A stretch of 64,000 nucleotides of DNA from Methanoregulaceae archaeon (GTDB taxonomy: Archaea > Halobacteriota > Methanomicrobia > Methanomicrobiales > Methanospirillaceae), in assembly GCA_035528475.1 (NCBI GenBank), contig DATKYO010000114.1, positions 4,739 through 68,738 on the forward strand. The letters run 5' to 3'. Both the position numbers and the translations under genes were made by a program. Below are positions 48,273-57,961 of the stretch, one piece after another. Below the pieces are notes generated by a model. The model was not told the DNA's origin. It made no database searches and saw nothing but the letters and a program-made list of their open reading frames with translations. Position 1 is the first letter of the stretch. Every line of letters starts with the position of its first letter.

Positions 48273-49199
48273 ATGTTTACCGTTACCGAGATTTCCATCG
48301 GCAAAACCCTCCTGCAGATGAGAGAAGAGCGGCTCACGGGTCTCCGGTGCAAAATATCCCCGGAACGAATCAACCGAAGGATTGATACAGAATATATCCC
48401 CGGGGAAGTGCCGCCCGGCTGCCCGTTCTGCCCTGATAGTATTTTGAATATCACTCCAACCTTCAGCAATGGCAGACGGATATGTGTCGGAGAGAGTGTA
48501 ACGTTCCCGAATCTATTTCCATTTTCGGAGTGGCACACCGTTACGGTTATCAGCCGTGAGCACCAGGTGGACCATTTCGAAAAAAAACAGCTGCTTGATG
48601 CATTTACTGGCATGATAAAATCACTGGAAGGGGTTCTTGGGTATCCAAGCATTAACTGGAATTATCTGCCCTCTTCAGGTGCCAGCATTGACCATCCCCA
48701 TCTCCAGGGTATGGTGGACAGGCGCCCCCCTGTTCTGGCTGAAAAGTATATGAACGGAGGGTTCAGCTATTACACAAAACATGGAAAGAGTTACTGGGAT
48801 GCCATAAGAGAGAAGGAACTGGGGGGAGAGAGGTACCTGTTCGGCGATGAAATACTATGGCTTGCCCACGCAGTTCCCCTTGGAGAGCGCGAAATTCGCG
48901 CAATGCTTCCTGTATCAACACTTCATGATTTTGAACCATATCTGGACACATTTGTGGCGGGGCTCCTGGATGTAATAAAATTCTACCGCCGAATGGGCAC
49001 GCATGCATTTAATATATCGATATTTTTTGATAAAAAACCGCAACCGGACACATTCAACGCATTTTGCTCCGTAATTGCCCGCATCAATCCTAATCCGGCT
49101 TCCATCAGCGATTCGGCATTTATGGAACGAGTGCATCTGGAACCGGTTATTCTGACATTACCTGAAGATTTGGGTATTAACTGGAGAAAAGAAAAATAA
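48273..49199 (+). CDS. GalT-like HIT-superfamily nucleotidyltransferase (galactose-1-phosphate uridylyltransferase family)
   Basis: The N-terminal zinc motif CPFCP and the active-site HPHLQ (HxHxQ) match the GalT branch of the HIT superfamily. Confidence 0.75.
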   Translation: MFTVTEISIGKTLLQMREERLTGLRCKISPERINRRIDTEYIPGEVPPGCPFCPDSILNITPTFSNGRRICVGESVTFPNLFPFSEWHTVTVISREHQVDHFEKKQLLDAFTGMIKSLEGVLGYPSINWNYLPSSGASIDHPHLQGMVDRRPPVLAEKYMNGGFSYYTKHGKSYWDAIREKELGGERYLFGDEILWLAHAVPLGEREIRAMLPVSTLHDFEPYLDTFVAGLLDVIKFYRRMGTHAFNISIFFDKKPQPDTFNAFCSVIARINPNPASISDSAFMERVHLEPVILTLPEDLGINWRKEK

Positions 49200-49211
49200 T
49201 TTGGTTTTTTT

Positions 49212-50051
49212 TCACTCGGGTTTGCTGATGAGTTTGGTCTTGGCGACCAGGGTCCCATCGTTTTTGTGCGGCTTACGGACAACACCGTCGGTACCCTTCT
49301 CGATCTCGCGTGCCTCATCACAGAGCATTGTTGCCGCTCTCATCATTTCGTGAGCGCTCGCGACAATCGGGACATAATTCTCAAATCCCTTGGTCATGAA
49401 ACAACCCTTTACATTCACCATTGCAACGGCTGCTGCAATCTCAAATGCTGCCCGGGCTTTTGCATATGCATAGGGGTTGGTGAATTCACCTGCAACGGCT
49501 TTATCCGAAGTAACAACGAATTTTGGCAGTACCAGGTCAGCGCCCTTCTTTCCTGCTTTCACCTGATCGATGACTTTATCAAGTTCGAGCTGCATCTTCC
49601 GGAATGCACCGGTAACGGACAGGACCTTGACCAGGTTGCCGTTATAATCGGCCATTTCGATGGGATCGAGGAATTCACGGCGGGCTCCAATCATTGCGTC
49701 CGCTTTCTGAATAATATATCCGAATTTACTCTCCTTAAGATCGGCCCACTCCTTCTTGGTGGTGACATCGTCAGTGATTACGATGACTGGAATTCCTGCA
49801 GCTGCAAGGGCTTCACGTGCACCGGTAGGTCCGGGAAGGACACCATTTGGCGACACTACAATTGCGAAGTCAGGTCCATACGCGATCAGGTTCTTTACTA
49901 CGCGGTCAACATCCTCCGGCTGGAGTTTTGTTCCGCTGGTGGCCATAAACGTCTGCATATCCTCACGATCTGCACGCTCGTCAAGGAGCAGCTCGACCAT
50001 AACACCACTCGCAATGTTGCCCAGCTTGGCAACTCCTACTTTAACAACCAT
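49212..50051 (-). CDS. mtd: F420-dependent methylenetetrahydromethanopterin dehydrogenase
   Basis: The N-terminus, with [28 protein letters not shown], is the characteristic Mtd start. GAGGTG lies upstream of the start. Confidence 0.92.
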   Translation of the reverse strand: MVVKVGVAKLGNIASGVMVELLLDERADREDMQTFMATSGTKLQPEDVDRVVKNLIAYGPDFAIVVSPNGVLPGPTGAREALAAAGIPVIVITDDVTTKKEWADLKESKFGYIIQKADAMIGARREFLDPIEMADYNGNLVKVLSVTGAFRKMQLELDKVIDQVKAGKKGADLVLPKFVVTSDKAVAGEFTNPYAYAKARAAFEIAAAVAMVNVKGCFMTKGFENYVPIVASAHEMMRAATMLCDEAREIEKGTDGVVRKPHKNDGTLVAKTKLISKPE

Positions 50052-50272
50052 TTATACACCTCTTTTTTGTTATTTTTGTTATAACAGGTTACTATTTGCC
50101 GGTGCTAATATAAACATTTTGAAATTTCATTTTAATTCGAAATTTCCGGCCCAAATCCTGCGTCCTGTAAAAGAGAATGATGGTGCCAGTTTGGGGTTGC
50201 CTCAGTCCGATCTGCATGATCAGATCAATGTTAACGAAAAGTGTTTAAGTCTCAGCTACCTATTAGGTTTAT

Positions 50273-50677
50273 ATGAAGGATGGGCTGCTTACCGATCGTC
50301 AGAAGGAAGTTCTCAGGTACCGGAAGCAGGGATTGACCCAGCAGCAAATCGCTGATATTATTTCCACATCAAAGGCGAATGTGTGCACAGTCGAAAAATC
50401 AGCCATGGAAAATATCAGAAGGGCTAAAGATACGCTTGAATTCCTTTATACCCTCGATGCAACGCATCTATGTACCGTACAGGCAGGGACGGATCTTCTC
50501 GATGTCTCGCCGTTCATCTATGGTGAGGCGGAAAAGATGGGTATAAAAGTGAAATATGACACAATTTCACTGATTAATAAGCTAAGAGAATCTTTACCCG
50601 AGCGGTTTAAGGCTCGCCATATAAGAGAGAATATTGAAGTCTACATAAATGATGAGGGCGATCTCTACTTCGGGTGA
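50273..50677 (+). CDS. tfx: Tfx-family DNA-binding transcription regulator
   Basis: LTDRQKEVLRYRKQGLTQQQIADIISTSKANVCTVEKSAMENIRRAKDT is the LuxR/sigma-like HTH of the methanogen Tfx family, and the ~135-aa length fits. Confidence 0.85.
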   Translation: MKDGLLTDRQKEVLRYRKQGLTQQQIADIISTSKANVCTVEKSAMENIRRAKDTLEFLYTLDATHLCTVQAGTDLLDVSPFIYGEAEKMGIKVKYDTISLINKLRESLPERFKARHIRENIEVYINDEGDLYFG

Positions 50678-50694
50678 AAAACCCGGTTTTTTTT
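50671..50694 (+). terminator. stem plus T8 terminator after tfx
   Basis: CGGG-TGAAAAA-CCCG spans the stop codon and is followed by a T8 run (50687-50694). Confidence 0.45.
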
Positions 50695-50760
50695 GCTATT
50701 TTAAGAGAAGATACCAGCTATCCTGGCATACATTTATATTCAATTTTACCCTATAATAAT

Positions 50761-51290
50761 GGAAGCCTATATCAGGATTTTGCCCGCCATCTGACGCCCA
50801 AGTATCCCTTCACCGGGATAAAGGGCCTCTGATATGCGGGCAGAATGTTATGAAAGGCGGAAATCCTCCCACGGGAGGATGAGCCGAGAAGGAGTTGTGG
50901 AATCACAACGGGCTGACAAAGTGGATCTGACAGGATGCATGGGTGGACGTCATTGGCACGAGCCCGATCATCAATTGCGATGAAATGCATCGTGGGTCAG
51001 GATCTGTTCGCGAGACCGGTAGGCTAATACACATACGCCGGCCCCTGGTTATCGGGGTCGTATAATGAAGAGAAGCCGCCATTCCCTGCTCGAGATGACG
51101 TGCAGAAGGTGTGGGATGTTCGTCTATCGCGAGTTTGTTCAGTCATGAGGGAACGCTCAATCTCGGGCCCTGACGGCATATAAAAAATGCATGACAGGGC
51201 GATATCACGCAGAAGAATCCAACCGGGTTTTCCTGGAAACAGGGCTGTAATCTCCCGGTAAGGATCAGTAATCGTTTGAGGATTGATTGA
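50761..51290 (+). other. hairpin-rich non-coding block (candidate structured leader or ncRNA) upstream of rpl3
   Basis: There is no plus-strand ORF of 60 aa or more. TATA-like TTTATATT (50733-50740) lies upstream. Several perfect 6-7 bp GC-rich stems are listed in the findings. Its identity is unresolved. Confidence 0.3.
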
Positions 51291-51293
51291 AAC

Positions 51294-52307
51294 ATGCCAA
51301 AAATAAACAGGCCACGAAGAGGTTCTCTCGCATTCAGTCCCAGGAAACGTGCGAAGAGCCAGGTTCCTAAGTATAAATCCTGGCCCGAGTACAATGGGGA
51401 GCCAATGCTGCAGGGATTTGCAGGATATAAAGTGGGTATGACGCATGTTATCATGGTTGACGACCATAAAAACAGCCCTACCGAAGGGCGGGATATCATG
51501 GTTCCGGTTACCGTTGTGGAAATTCCGGCCATGAAGGTGGCAGCCATACGCGCCTATACTCACGACACTAATGGAAAGCGGCCAATGACCGAGATGTGGG
51601 CAGAAACACTTGATCCAGCACTCGAAAGAAGAATCACACTCCCCAAAAAGTACAGCGGGGAAGAGGCAAAAAGCGCTATTCTTGACGCGATCGCGAATGG
51701 CAAAGTGGTGGATATCTATGCGCTCATGCATACCACGCCTGAAATTGTAAGCGGGATACCGAAGAAAGTTCCCGAACTTATGGAGATTCGGGTTGCCGGT
51801 GGAAGTATTGAACAGAGGTTTGAGTTTGCACTGACTCTCTTTAATACCGAAGTGACTCTTGCGAATGTAATCAAGATCGGTACATATACAGATATTACTG
51901 CAGTGACCACCGGCAAGGGCACACAGGGACCAGTCAAGCGATGGGGGATTGCTCTCCGAAAGCGCAAACATTCACGCGGTGGTAAAGAACGGCACATCGG
52001 AAACCTCGGGCCATGGCATCCCCACCATGTACGGTGGCAGGTTCCGATGATGGGACAGATGGGATATCAGCAGCGTACCGAATTCAACAAACGGATTCTG
52101 AAAATCGGCAATGATGGGGCGGAAGTCACACCTGCAGGAGGATTCATGCATTACGGGGTGCTTCGCAACCCGTATGTCCTGATCAAGGGGTCCATACCCG
52201 GCCCCGTGAAAAGGCTGGTCAGGATCAGGCCTGCTATCAGAATGGGTGAACATCTGGAGCGCCAGCCGGCAATCGAATTTGTCAGTGTCCAGAGTAAGCA
52301 GGGGTGA
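51294..52307 (+). CDS. rpl3: 50S ribosomal protein L3
   Basis: The N-terminus, with [15 protein letters not shown], is the archaeal uL3 start. It is the first gene of the canonical cluster. Confidence 0.95.
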   Translation: MPKINRPRRGSLAFSPRKRAKSQVPKYKSWPEYNGEPMLQGFAGYKVGMTHVIMVDDHKNSPTEGRDIMVPVTVVEIPAMKVAAIRAYTHDTNGKRPMTEMWAETLDPALERRITLPKKYSGEEAKSAILDAIANGKVVDIYALMHTTPEIVSGIPKKVPELMEIRVAGGSIEQRFEFALTLFNTEVTLANVIKIGTYTDITAVTTGKGTQGPVKRWGIALRKRKHSRGGKERHIGNLGPWHPHHVRWQVPMMGQMGYQQRTEFNKRILKIGNDGAEVTPAGGFMHYGVLRNPYVLIKGSIPGPVKRLVRIRPAIRMGEHLERQPAIEFVSVQSKQG

Positions 52308-52308
52308 T

Positions 52309-53061
52309 ATGACGATGAAAGCACAGGTAAAAGGACTTGACGGAACAGTGGCCCGGGATATTGAGCTCCCGGAGGTCTTTTCCGAGGAATATCGCCCGGA
52401 TATTATCAGAAAAGCTGTTATATCGCTCCAGAGCAGCAGGAGACAGCCCCACGGGACATACCGCTTTGCGGGTATAAACTCTTCTGCAGTCAGCTGGGGG
52501 AGTGGTCGAGGAGCGGCGCAGTTGCCGCGTATAAAAGGCGGCTCACGTGCAGCAAAGATCCCCCAGGCCAAGGGAGGAAGAGCAGCCCACCCGCCTGTAA
52601 CGGACAAGATACTGATCAGGCAAATCAACAAAAAGGAAAAGCAGAAGGCGATAAGGTCCGCATTGGGAGCCACAATACGAGAAGACCTGGTCAGGGCCAG
52701 GGGACACGTGTATGAAGGCGAAGTGCCCGTTATTCTGGAAGACCAGTTTGAAGAGCTCTCGCGCACCAGCGACGTGATTGCTGCCCTTACTGCGGCTGGC
52801 GTCTATGGCGATATCGAACGTTCGAAAATGAGCAAGAAGGTTCGTGCGGGACGAGGCAAGATGCGTGGTCGACGCTACAAGCAGCGCAAGAGCCTGCTCA
52901 TTGTGACCAGCACAAAGCCTCTGAAGGCAGCTATGAATCTGGCCGGTGTTGATGTGGTGATCACGGATCAGCTGAATGCCGAGCTCCTTGCCCCAGGCAC
53001 CCAGGCGGGACGCCTGACAGTCTGGACCGAGGCTGCACTCATGAAACTGGAGGGGAAATGA
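52309..53061 (+). CDS. rpl4: 50S ribosomal protein L4
   Basis: uL4 sequence and position after rpl3. ATG at 52309 lies 1 nt after the rpl3 stop; an alternative ATG is at 52315. Confidence 0.92.
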   Translation: MTMKAQVKGLDGTVARDIELPEVFSEEYRPDIIRKAVISLQSSRRQPHGTYRFAGINSSAVSWGSGRGAAQLPRIKGGSRAAKIPQAKGGRAAHPPVTDKILIRQINKKEKQKAIRSALGATIREDLVRARGHVYEGEVPVILEDQFEELSRTSDVIAALTAAGVYGDIERSKMSKKVRAGRGKMRGRRYKQRKSLLIVTSTKPLKAAMNLAGVDVVITDQLNAELLAPGTQAGRLTVWTEAALMKLEGK

Positions 53062-53062
53062 A

Positions 53063-53311
53063 ATGGTGCTGAAGTATCCGTTTGTGACAGAAAAGGCAAT
53101 GATGATACTGGATAAACAGAGCAAACTCCAGTTCCTGGTGAACAAGAATGCCACCAAGCCCCAGATAAAGCGGGAGATCGAGAAGGCCTTTGACCAGGAA
53201 GTGACATCCATCTCTACCCTCATGACCATGAAGGGTAAGAAAAAGGCCATAGTGAGTTTTGCCAACGACAAAGCCGCTGAAGAGATTCTCAGCCGGCTTG
53301 GAATCATGTAG
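53063..53311 (+). CDS. rpl23: 50S ribosomal protein L23
   Basis: 82 aa, with the uL23 pattern (YPFVTEKAM...) and the conserved position. Confidence 0.93.
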   Translation: MVLKYPFVTEKAMMILDKQSKLQFLVNKNATKPQIKREIEKAFDQEVTSISTLMTMKGKKKAIVSFANDKAAEEILSRLGIM

Positions 53312-53320
53312 GTGGGGATC

Positions 53321-54037
53321 ATGGGACATCGAATTACAACACAGAACAGGGGAAGAGGAGGCCCGACATACCGCGCTCCTTCCCATAGGTATAAAGCTGC
53401 CTTGAGACATGCAGGCAATGGCGATTCCACTGTAAGGGGTACTGTTATCGATATCGAGCATGATCCTGCCAGACATACTCCCATTGCGCTGGTAAGGCTG
53501 GAAGACGGCTCAAAGATGTATATGCTGGTTACCGAAGGGATCGGCGTAGATGATGAGGTGGCCTGGGGACCAGAAGCCGAGGTGAGAAATGGCAATACAC
53601 TCCCCCTCAGGGCAGTTCCTACAGGGGCATATGTATGCAATATCGAAGCCCGGCCGAATGACGGAGGCAAATTTGTCCGGTCAAGCGGGGTCCAGGCAGT
53701 TGTCATCGACAAGACCGCGGAGAAAGTTGGTGTACAGATGCCCAGCGGTCAGACAAAGTGGTTTAATGCCCGTTGCCGGGCGACCGTGGGAATCGTAGCC
53801 GGTGGAGGCCGTGGAGAGAAACCATTTGTAAAGGCCGGCAATAAGCATCACAAGATGAAAAATACTGCATCGAACTGGCCCAGGGTCCGTGGTATGGCCA
53901 TGAACGTCATCGACCATCCGTTTGGTGGTGGTGGACACCAGCATGCCGGCAGGCCAAAGACAGTAGCCAGAGGAACATCCCCGGGAAGAGTGGTCGGACA
54001 CGTTGCAGCAAGAAAGACCGGCCGGGGCAAGAAGTGA
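53321..54037 (+). CDS. rpl2: 50S ribosomal protein L2
   Basis: uL2 motifs (GGGRGEKPFVKAGNK, DHPFGGG). ATG at 53321 is preferred over GTG at 53312. Confidence 0.93.
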   Translation: MGHRITTQNRGRGGPTYRAPSHRYKAALRHAGNGDSTVRGTVIDIEHDPARHTPIALVRLEDGSKMYMLVTEGIGVDDEVAWGPEAEVRNGNTLPLRAVPTGAYVCNIEARPNDGGKFVRSSGVQAVVIDKTAEKVGVQMPSGQTKWFNARCRATVGIVAGGGRGEKPFVKAGNKHHKMKNTASNWPRVRGMAMNVIDHPFGGGGHQHAGRPKTVARGTSPGRVVGHVAARKTGRGKK

Positions 54038-54047
54038 GGGGTAAGTT

Positions 54048-54461
54048 ATGGCAAAGAAGACACAGAAGAGGTTACCACGAAGGCGAGAGGAGTTTACCTA
54101 TCACGGTTTCAGGCTGGATGAGCTGAGAGAGATGGGGATTAATGACCTTCTTCCTATCATGCCCGCCCGTGCCCGCCGGAAAATTACACGTGGCCTGACC
54201 CGTGGAGAGGAAAATCTCATCTCCAAGTTCAGAAGCGGGGAGACAAGGATCCGCACGCACATGCGTGACATGATAGTGCTGCCCGAGATGGTAGGAAGAG
54301 AAGTGGAGATTTACAATGGCAAGGAATTCATAAAAGTTGAGATCCAGCCAGAAGCAGTCTTCCACTACCTGGGAGAGTTTTCACCGACCCGCCGGAGGGT
54401 TGCCCATGGCAGTGCCGGTATAGGTGCCACCCGGTCGAGTAAGTATGTACCGCTGAAGTGA
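54048..54461 (+). CDS. rps19: 30S ribosomal protein S19
   Basis: uS19 pattern ([15 protein letters not shown]) and the conserved position. Confidence 0.93.
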   Translation: MAKKTQKRLPRRREEFTYHGFRLDELREMGINDLLPIMPARARRKITRGLTRGEENLISKFRSGETRIRTHMRDMIVLPEMVGREVEIYNGKEFIKVEIQPEAVFHYLGEFSPTRRRVAHGSAGIGATRSSKYVPLK

Positions 54462-54466
54462 TTGAC

Positions 54467-54928
54467 ATGGCAAAGACAAAATATTCAAAAACTATCGAGG
54501 GCGAAAACGTCGCCAGGGGGAAGGCCAATGAGATTCCGGTCTCCCCCAAGCACGCCATGGAAATTGCCAGGTTCATAAAGAACAAGCGCACAGATGAGGC
54601 TATCGCCTATCTCGAGGAAGTTGTTGCCTGCAGAAAGGCAATCCCCTTCAGGAAGTTCAACCGGAATGTGGCTCATAAAAGAGGACTTTCAGGGTGGGAT
54701 GCGGGTCGCTACCCTAAGAAAGCCTCTGAGGCATATATCCGTCTGCTTCACTCGGTGAACAAGAATGCAGAGTATATCGGACTTGATACCGAAAACCTTA
54801 AAATTGTCCATGTTTCCGCCAATTGCGGCAGAGGATTCAAGGCATTTTTCCCTCGTGCAATGGGAAGAGCCACCCCGAAAAGAAGAGAGACGGTGAATAT
54901 CGAGATCATGGTCAGGGAGGTTGAGTAA
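54467..54928 (+). CDS. rpl22: 50S ribosomal protein L22
   Basis: uL22 pattern and position. ATG at 54467 is preferred over the overlapping GTG at 54458. Confidence 0.92.
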   Translation: MAKTKYSKTIEGENVARGKANEIPVSPKHAMEIARFIKNKRTDEAIAYLEEVVACRKAIPFRKFNRNVAHKRGLSGWDAGRYPKKASEAYIRLLHSVNKNAEYIGLDTENLKIVHVSANCGRGFKAFFPRAMGRATPKRRETVNIEIMVREVE

Positions 54929-55654
54929 ATGGCGGTTGAGAGAAAATTTGTGTCCGAAGGAGTACGGAAAGCACGTGTTGAAAAACACCTTGTAAAGGAG
55001 CTCAAACGTGCCGGCTATGGCGGTATGGATCTGCAGCGTACACCTCTTGGCACACAGGTGACAATTTATGCCGAAAAACCTGGCATTGTGATCGGTAAGG
55101 GCGGTAAAGTTGTCAGGGCGCTCACCCAGGATCTGGCTACGAATTTTGGTGTGGAATCTCCTCAGATCGAGGTGCAACAGGTACAGAATCCCAACTTCAA
55201 TCCACAGATTATGGCAGAAAGGCTTGCGAATGCCCTGGAGAGGGGATGGTATTTCCGCAAAGCGGGATCAAGCATCATTCGCCGTGTGATGGAAGCCGGT
55301 GCACTGGGATGTGAAGTGGTAATCGCCGGGAAACTGACAGGTTCCCGTGCCCGGGTCCAGAAATTCACCGAAGGCTACATCAAACACTGCGGTGAACCGG
55401 CGAATACCATCGTGGAGAAGGGCTATGCGATCGGCATTAAGAAACTCGGTGCAATTGGAGTGCAGGTCAAGATTATTCCCCCTGGTGCCAGGCTTCCTGA
55501 CCACTTTGAGGTAATTCCACCCAAGGAGAAACCAGCTCCGCCACCTGAAGTAAGCGTGACCGAAGTCGGTGAAGACCTTGATGAAGAACTGTCAGAAGAC
55601 ATGGTCGAGGATGTTGAGGGCTACATCGAGGAAGAGTTCATGGAGGAGGAGTAG
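54929..55654 (+). CDS. rps3: 30S ribosomal protein S3
   Basis: KH-domain uS3 sequence with a markedly acidic C-terminal tail. Confidence 0.93.
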   Translation: MAVERKFVSEGVRKARVEKHLVKELKRAGYGGMDLQRTPLGTQVTIYAEKPGIVIGKGGKVVRALTQDLATNFGVESPQIEVQQVQNPNFNPQIMAERLANALERGWYFRKAGSSIIRRVMEAGALGCEVVIAGKLTGSRARVQKFTEGYIKHCGEPANTIVEKGYAIGIKKLGAIGVQVKIIPPGARLPDHFEVIPPKEKPAPPPEVSVTEVGEDLDEELSEDMVEDVEGYIEEEFMEEE

Positions 55655-55858
55655 ATGGCGATTCTGCGTGCCCGCGATGTTTCGCAGTTCTCTGACGTGG
55701 AACTTGTGGAGCAGATGGACAAACTTCGGATGGAGCTTATCCAGCATTACGGAAAGGTAAGTGCCGGAGGAGCCACCGAGAATCCGGGTCGCATACGTGA
55801 ACTCCGGAGGACCATCGCCCGCATGAAGACAGAACAGAACAGGCGGGGCAGGGCATGA
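55655..55858 (+). CDS. rpl29: 50S ribosomal protein L29
   Basis: 67 aa with the uL29 pattern, in the conserved position after rps3. Confidence 0.92.
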   Translation: MAILRARDVSQFSDVELVEQMDKLRMELIQHYGKVSAGGATENPGRIRELRRTIARMKTEQNRRGRA

Positions 55859-56139
55859 TCTCTCCCCAGAATATCCTTCGCCATGAATTGATTGGCCTGG
55901 ATGTTCTGGTTGTCAATGCCAGCAATCCCACACATGTAGGGATTTCGGGCCGTATCATCGATGAAACCCGGAACACACTGGTCATCCAGGGAAAGGATGG
56001 CCAAAAGAGAGTGCCAAAAAAATTCAGCAGATTCAGGCTGACTCTCCCCGATGGTGTCCGGGTCGAGATTGACGGTTCCATGCTGGCAATGCCACCTGAA
56101 AGACGGATCAACTTACATTGGAAAAATAGAGGGAAATAA
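55855..56139 (+). CDS. rnp1: ribonuclease P protein component 1 (Rpp29/Pop4)
   Basis: [33 protein letters not shown] is the Rpp29 Sm-like fold pattern. It occupies the canonical slot between rpl29 and rps17. Confidence 0.9.
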   Translation: MISPQNILRHELIGLDVLVVNASNPTHVGISGRIIDETRNTLVIQGKDGQKRVPKKFSRFRLTLPDGVRVEIDGSMLAMPPERRINLHWKNRGK

Positions 56140-56465
56140 TGGCAAAAAACATAGGATTGAGCGTCAGTGTGCCCGAAGAGGCATGTGATGACGTAAATTG
56201 TCCGTTTCACGGCGTTTTACCGGTGCGCGGCCAGGTGATCACCGGCAAAGTCGTGAGCGATCGAATGATGGGAACGGTTGTAGTGGAGCGGAATTATCTG
56301 CATTATATAAGCAAATACAAGCGGTATGAAAAGCGCAATTCCCGGATCCATGCCCATAGCCCGCCTTGTATCCAGGCTAAAACGGACGATATGGTGAAGA
56401 TTGCGGAATGCAGGCCACTCTCCAAGACCACAAAATTTGTTGTGGTGGAGGTGCTGCAGCCATGA
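56139..56465 (+). CDS. rps17: 30S ribosomal protein S17
   Basis: uS17 pattern ([15 protein letters not shown]) and position. Confidence 0.93.
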   Translation: MAKNIGLSVSVPEEACDDVNCPFHGVLPVRGQVITGKVVSDRMMGTVVVERNYLHYISKYKRYEKRNSRIHAHSPPCIQAKTDDMVKIAECRPLSKTTKFVVVEVLQP

Positions 56466-56860
56466 AGGCCATGCAGTCGAAAACTCCGAGAGCTCTCGCA
56501 ACCGGGACGAAACTCCTTTGTGCTGATAACACAGGCGCTCGTGAAGTGCAGGTTGTGTCTGTATTCGGATACCATGGAGTTCGGCGTCGTCAGCCCAAGC
56601 TGGGACTGGGCGACATCGCAACGGTAAGTGTCAAGAAAGGAACTCCTGATATGAGAAGAAAACTTGTCAGGGCCGTAGTCATTCGGCAGAAAAAAGAGAT
56701 AAAACGGCCGAATGGTATGCGGGTTTCTTTCGAGGATAATGCTGTGGTCGTGGTAGATGAAAGAAATGAACCTCGCGGAACCGAAATTAAGGGTCCCGTG
56801 GCCAGAGAAGTGGCAGAACGGTTCCCGAAGATAGGATCCATGGCTACTATCATTGTATAA
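56462..56860 (+). CDS. rpl14: 50S ribosomal protein L14
   Basis: uL14 pattern (CADNTGA...). There is an ATGA overlap with rps17. Confidence 0.93.
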   Translation: MKAMQSKTPRALATGTKLLCADNTGAREVQVVSVFGYHGVRRRQPKLGLGDIATVSVKKGTPDMRRKLVRAVVIRQKKEIKRPNGMRVSFEDNAVVVVDERNEPRGTEIKGPVAREVAERFPKIGSMATIIV

Positions 56861-56870
56861 GGTGTGGAAA

Positions 56871-57236
56871 ATGGTTCGTATAGAGAGTAAACAACCACGA
56901 AAACAGAGAAAAGCACGCTATACAGCTCCGGCCCACCTCCGCAGCAAGTTTATCCATGCCCCCCTCGAATCCTCGCTCCAGGAGCAGTTCAATACCCGGA
57001 GTGCCCGGGTTATCAAGGGTGACACCGTGAAGGTAGTGCGCGGAGAATCTGCAGGTACGGAGGGAGTGGTGGACCTGGTGGACACCAAGAGGTACAGGAT
57101 AGTGGTCCAGGGAGTCTCAATTCCCAAGGCTGACGGGACTGAGATGCCCCGTCCGGTTGACCCTTCCAACGTACAGATCACCAAACTGAATCTCAAGGAC
57201 CCGAGAAGGGCAGAGAGACTGGGAGGGAATAAGTAA
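56871..57236 (+). CDS. rpl24: 50S ribosomal protein L24
   Basis: uL24 KOW motif (GDTVKVVRGESAGTEG). ATG at 56871 is chosen. Confidence 0.92.
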   Translation: MVRIESKQPRKQRKARYTAPAHLRSKFIHAPLESSLQEQFNTRSARVIKGDTVKVVRGESAGTEGVVDLVDTKRYRIVVQGVSIPKADGTEMPRPVDPSNVQITKLNLKDPRRAERLGGNK

Positions 57237-57961
57237 TGTCAGATCATCTTAAGCGGCTCGTTGCCCCTAATTCATGGCACATTCCCAAGAAAACAGCAAA
57301 ATTCATAACCAAGACGGCCCCGGGCCCACACAATGCCAATGCAATGCCGGTTGCGGTGTGGGTGCGTGACCACATGGGCTTTGCCAGGAATTTAAAGGAA
57401 GTAAAGCAGATCCTCGGCCAGAAGGATGTAATCATTAACGGGCGGCCGTGCAAAGACCCGAAGATGGGAATCGGGATCTTCGATATCATATCACTCCCCA
57501 AGGTCGGGAAGTATTACCGCATTCTCCGTGACAAGAATGGTCGTCATAAGACAATCGAGATTGACGAGGAGTCGGCAAAAAGCCGCCTTGCCAAGATCCG
57601 GAACAAGACACAGGTTCCCGGCGGGAAGATCCAGTTAAACCTCCGGTACGGAGTGAATATCCTGGCAGAGAATTCGTACAAGCCAGGAGACTCGATAGTC
57701 ATATCCATTGACCCTGAGACACGGTACAAAATACTGGACCATTTCCCGTATGCGGAGGGTAATATGGCCATGGTTATCGGAGGAAAGCATTCGGGTAAAA
57801 TCGCCCGTATTGTGGCAATCGAGAAGGTTCACGGAAGCGTCCCCAACAGGGTAATCCTTGAGGATGAGGGGACGCAGGCCCGTTTCGAGACTATTGATGA
57901 GTACATCTACATGGTCGGGCGTGAGACCCCAGCACTCGCTGAATGGGGGATTGAAGAATGA
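57236..57961 (+). CDS. rps4e: 30S ribosomal protein S4e
   Basis: The eS4 N-terminus HLKRLVAPNSWHIPKK and position. Confidence 0.93.
   Translation: MSDHLKRLVAPNSWHIPKKTAKFITKTAPGPHNANAMPVAVWVRDHMGFARNLKEVKQILGQKDVIINGRPCKDPKMGIGIFDIISLPKVGKYYRILRDKNGRHKTIEIDEESAKSRLAKIRNKTQVPGGKIQLNLRYGVNILAENSYKPGDSIVISIDPETRYKILDHFPYAEGNMAMVIGGKHSGKIARIVAIEKVHGSVPNRVILEDEGTQARFETIDEYIYMVGRETPALAEWGIEE

Noticed and set aside
50881-50917. Group II intron domain V-like hairpin (GAGCCG...GTTGTGGAATCACAAC...GGCT).
   Set aside because: The helix has a large asymmetric internal loop instead of the 2-nt bulge. It lacks the conserved AGC-triad geometry, and there is no intron-encoded protein or other intron domain nearby.
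50761-51290. RNase P RNA as the identity of the structured block upstream of rpl3. The order GGTAGGCT ... GAGATGACG loosely recalls the P15 and CR-V regions, and AAAGGGCC could pair with GGGCCCT as a P4-like helix.
   Set aside because: The near-universal elements are absent. There is no GGAAAGUCC (CR-I), no GGGUGAAA or GGUAA J11/12-P12 elements, no GUGCCACAGAAA, and no ACAGAAnnCGGCUUA. The resemblance is probably chance. It should still be settled by cmsearch.
51024-51971. 315-aa minus-strand ORF, together with the nested ORF 51143-51547.
   Set aside because: It runs antisense to the unambiguous rpl3 gene and has no protein-like motifs. It is a typical shadow ORF of a GC-rich, highly expressed gene.
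52543-53712. 389-aa minus-strand ORF, the longest unexplained ORF in the track.
   Set aside because: It is antisense to rpl4, rpl23 and rpl2, and its Ser/Pro/Leu-rich low-complexity composition marks it as a shadow ORF.
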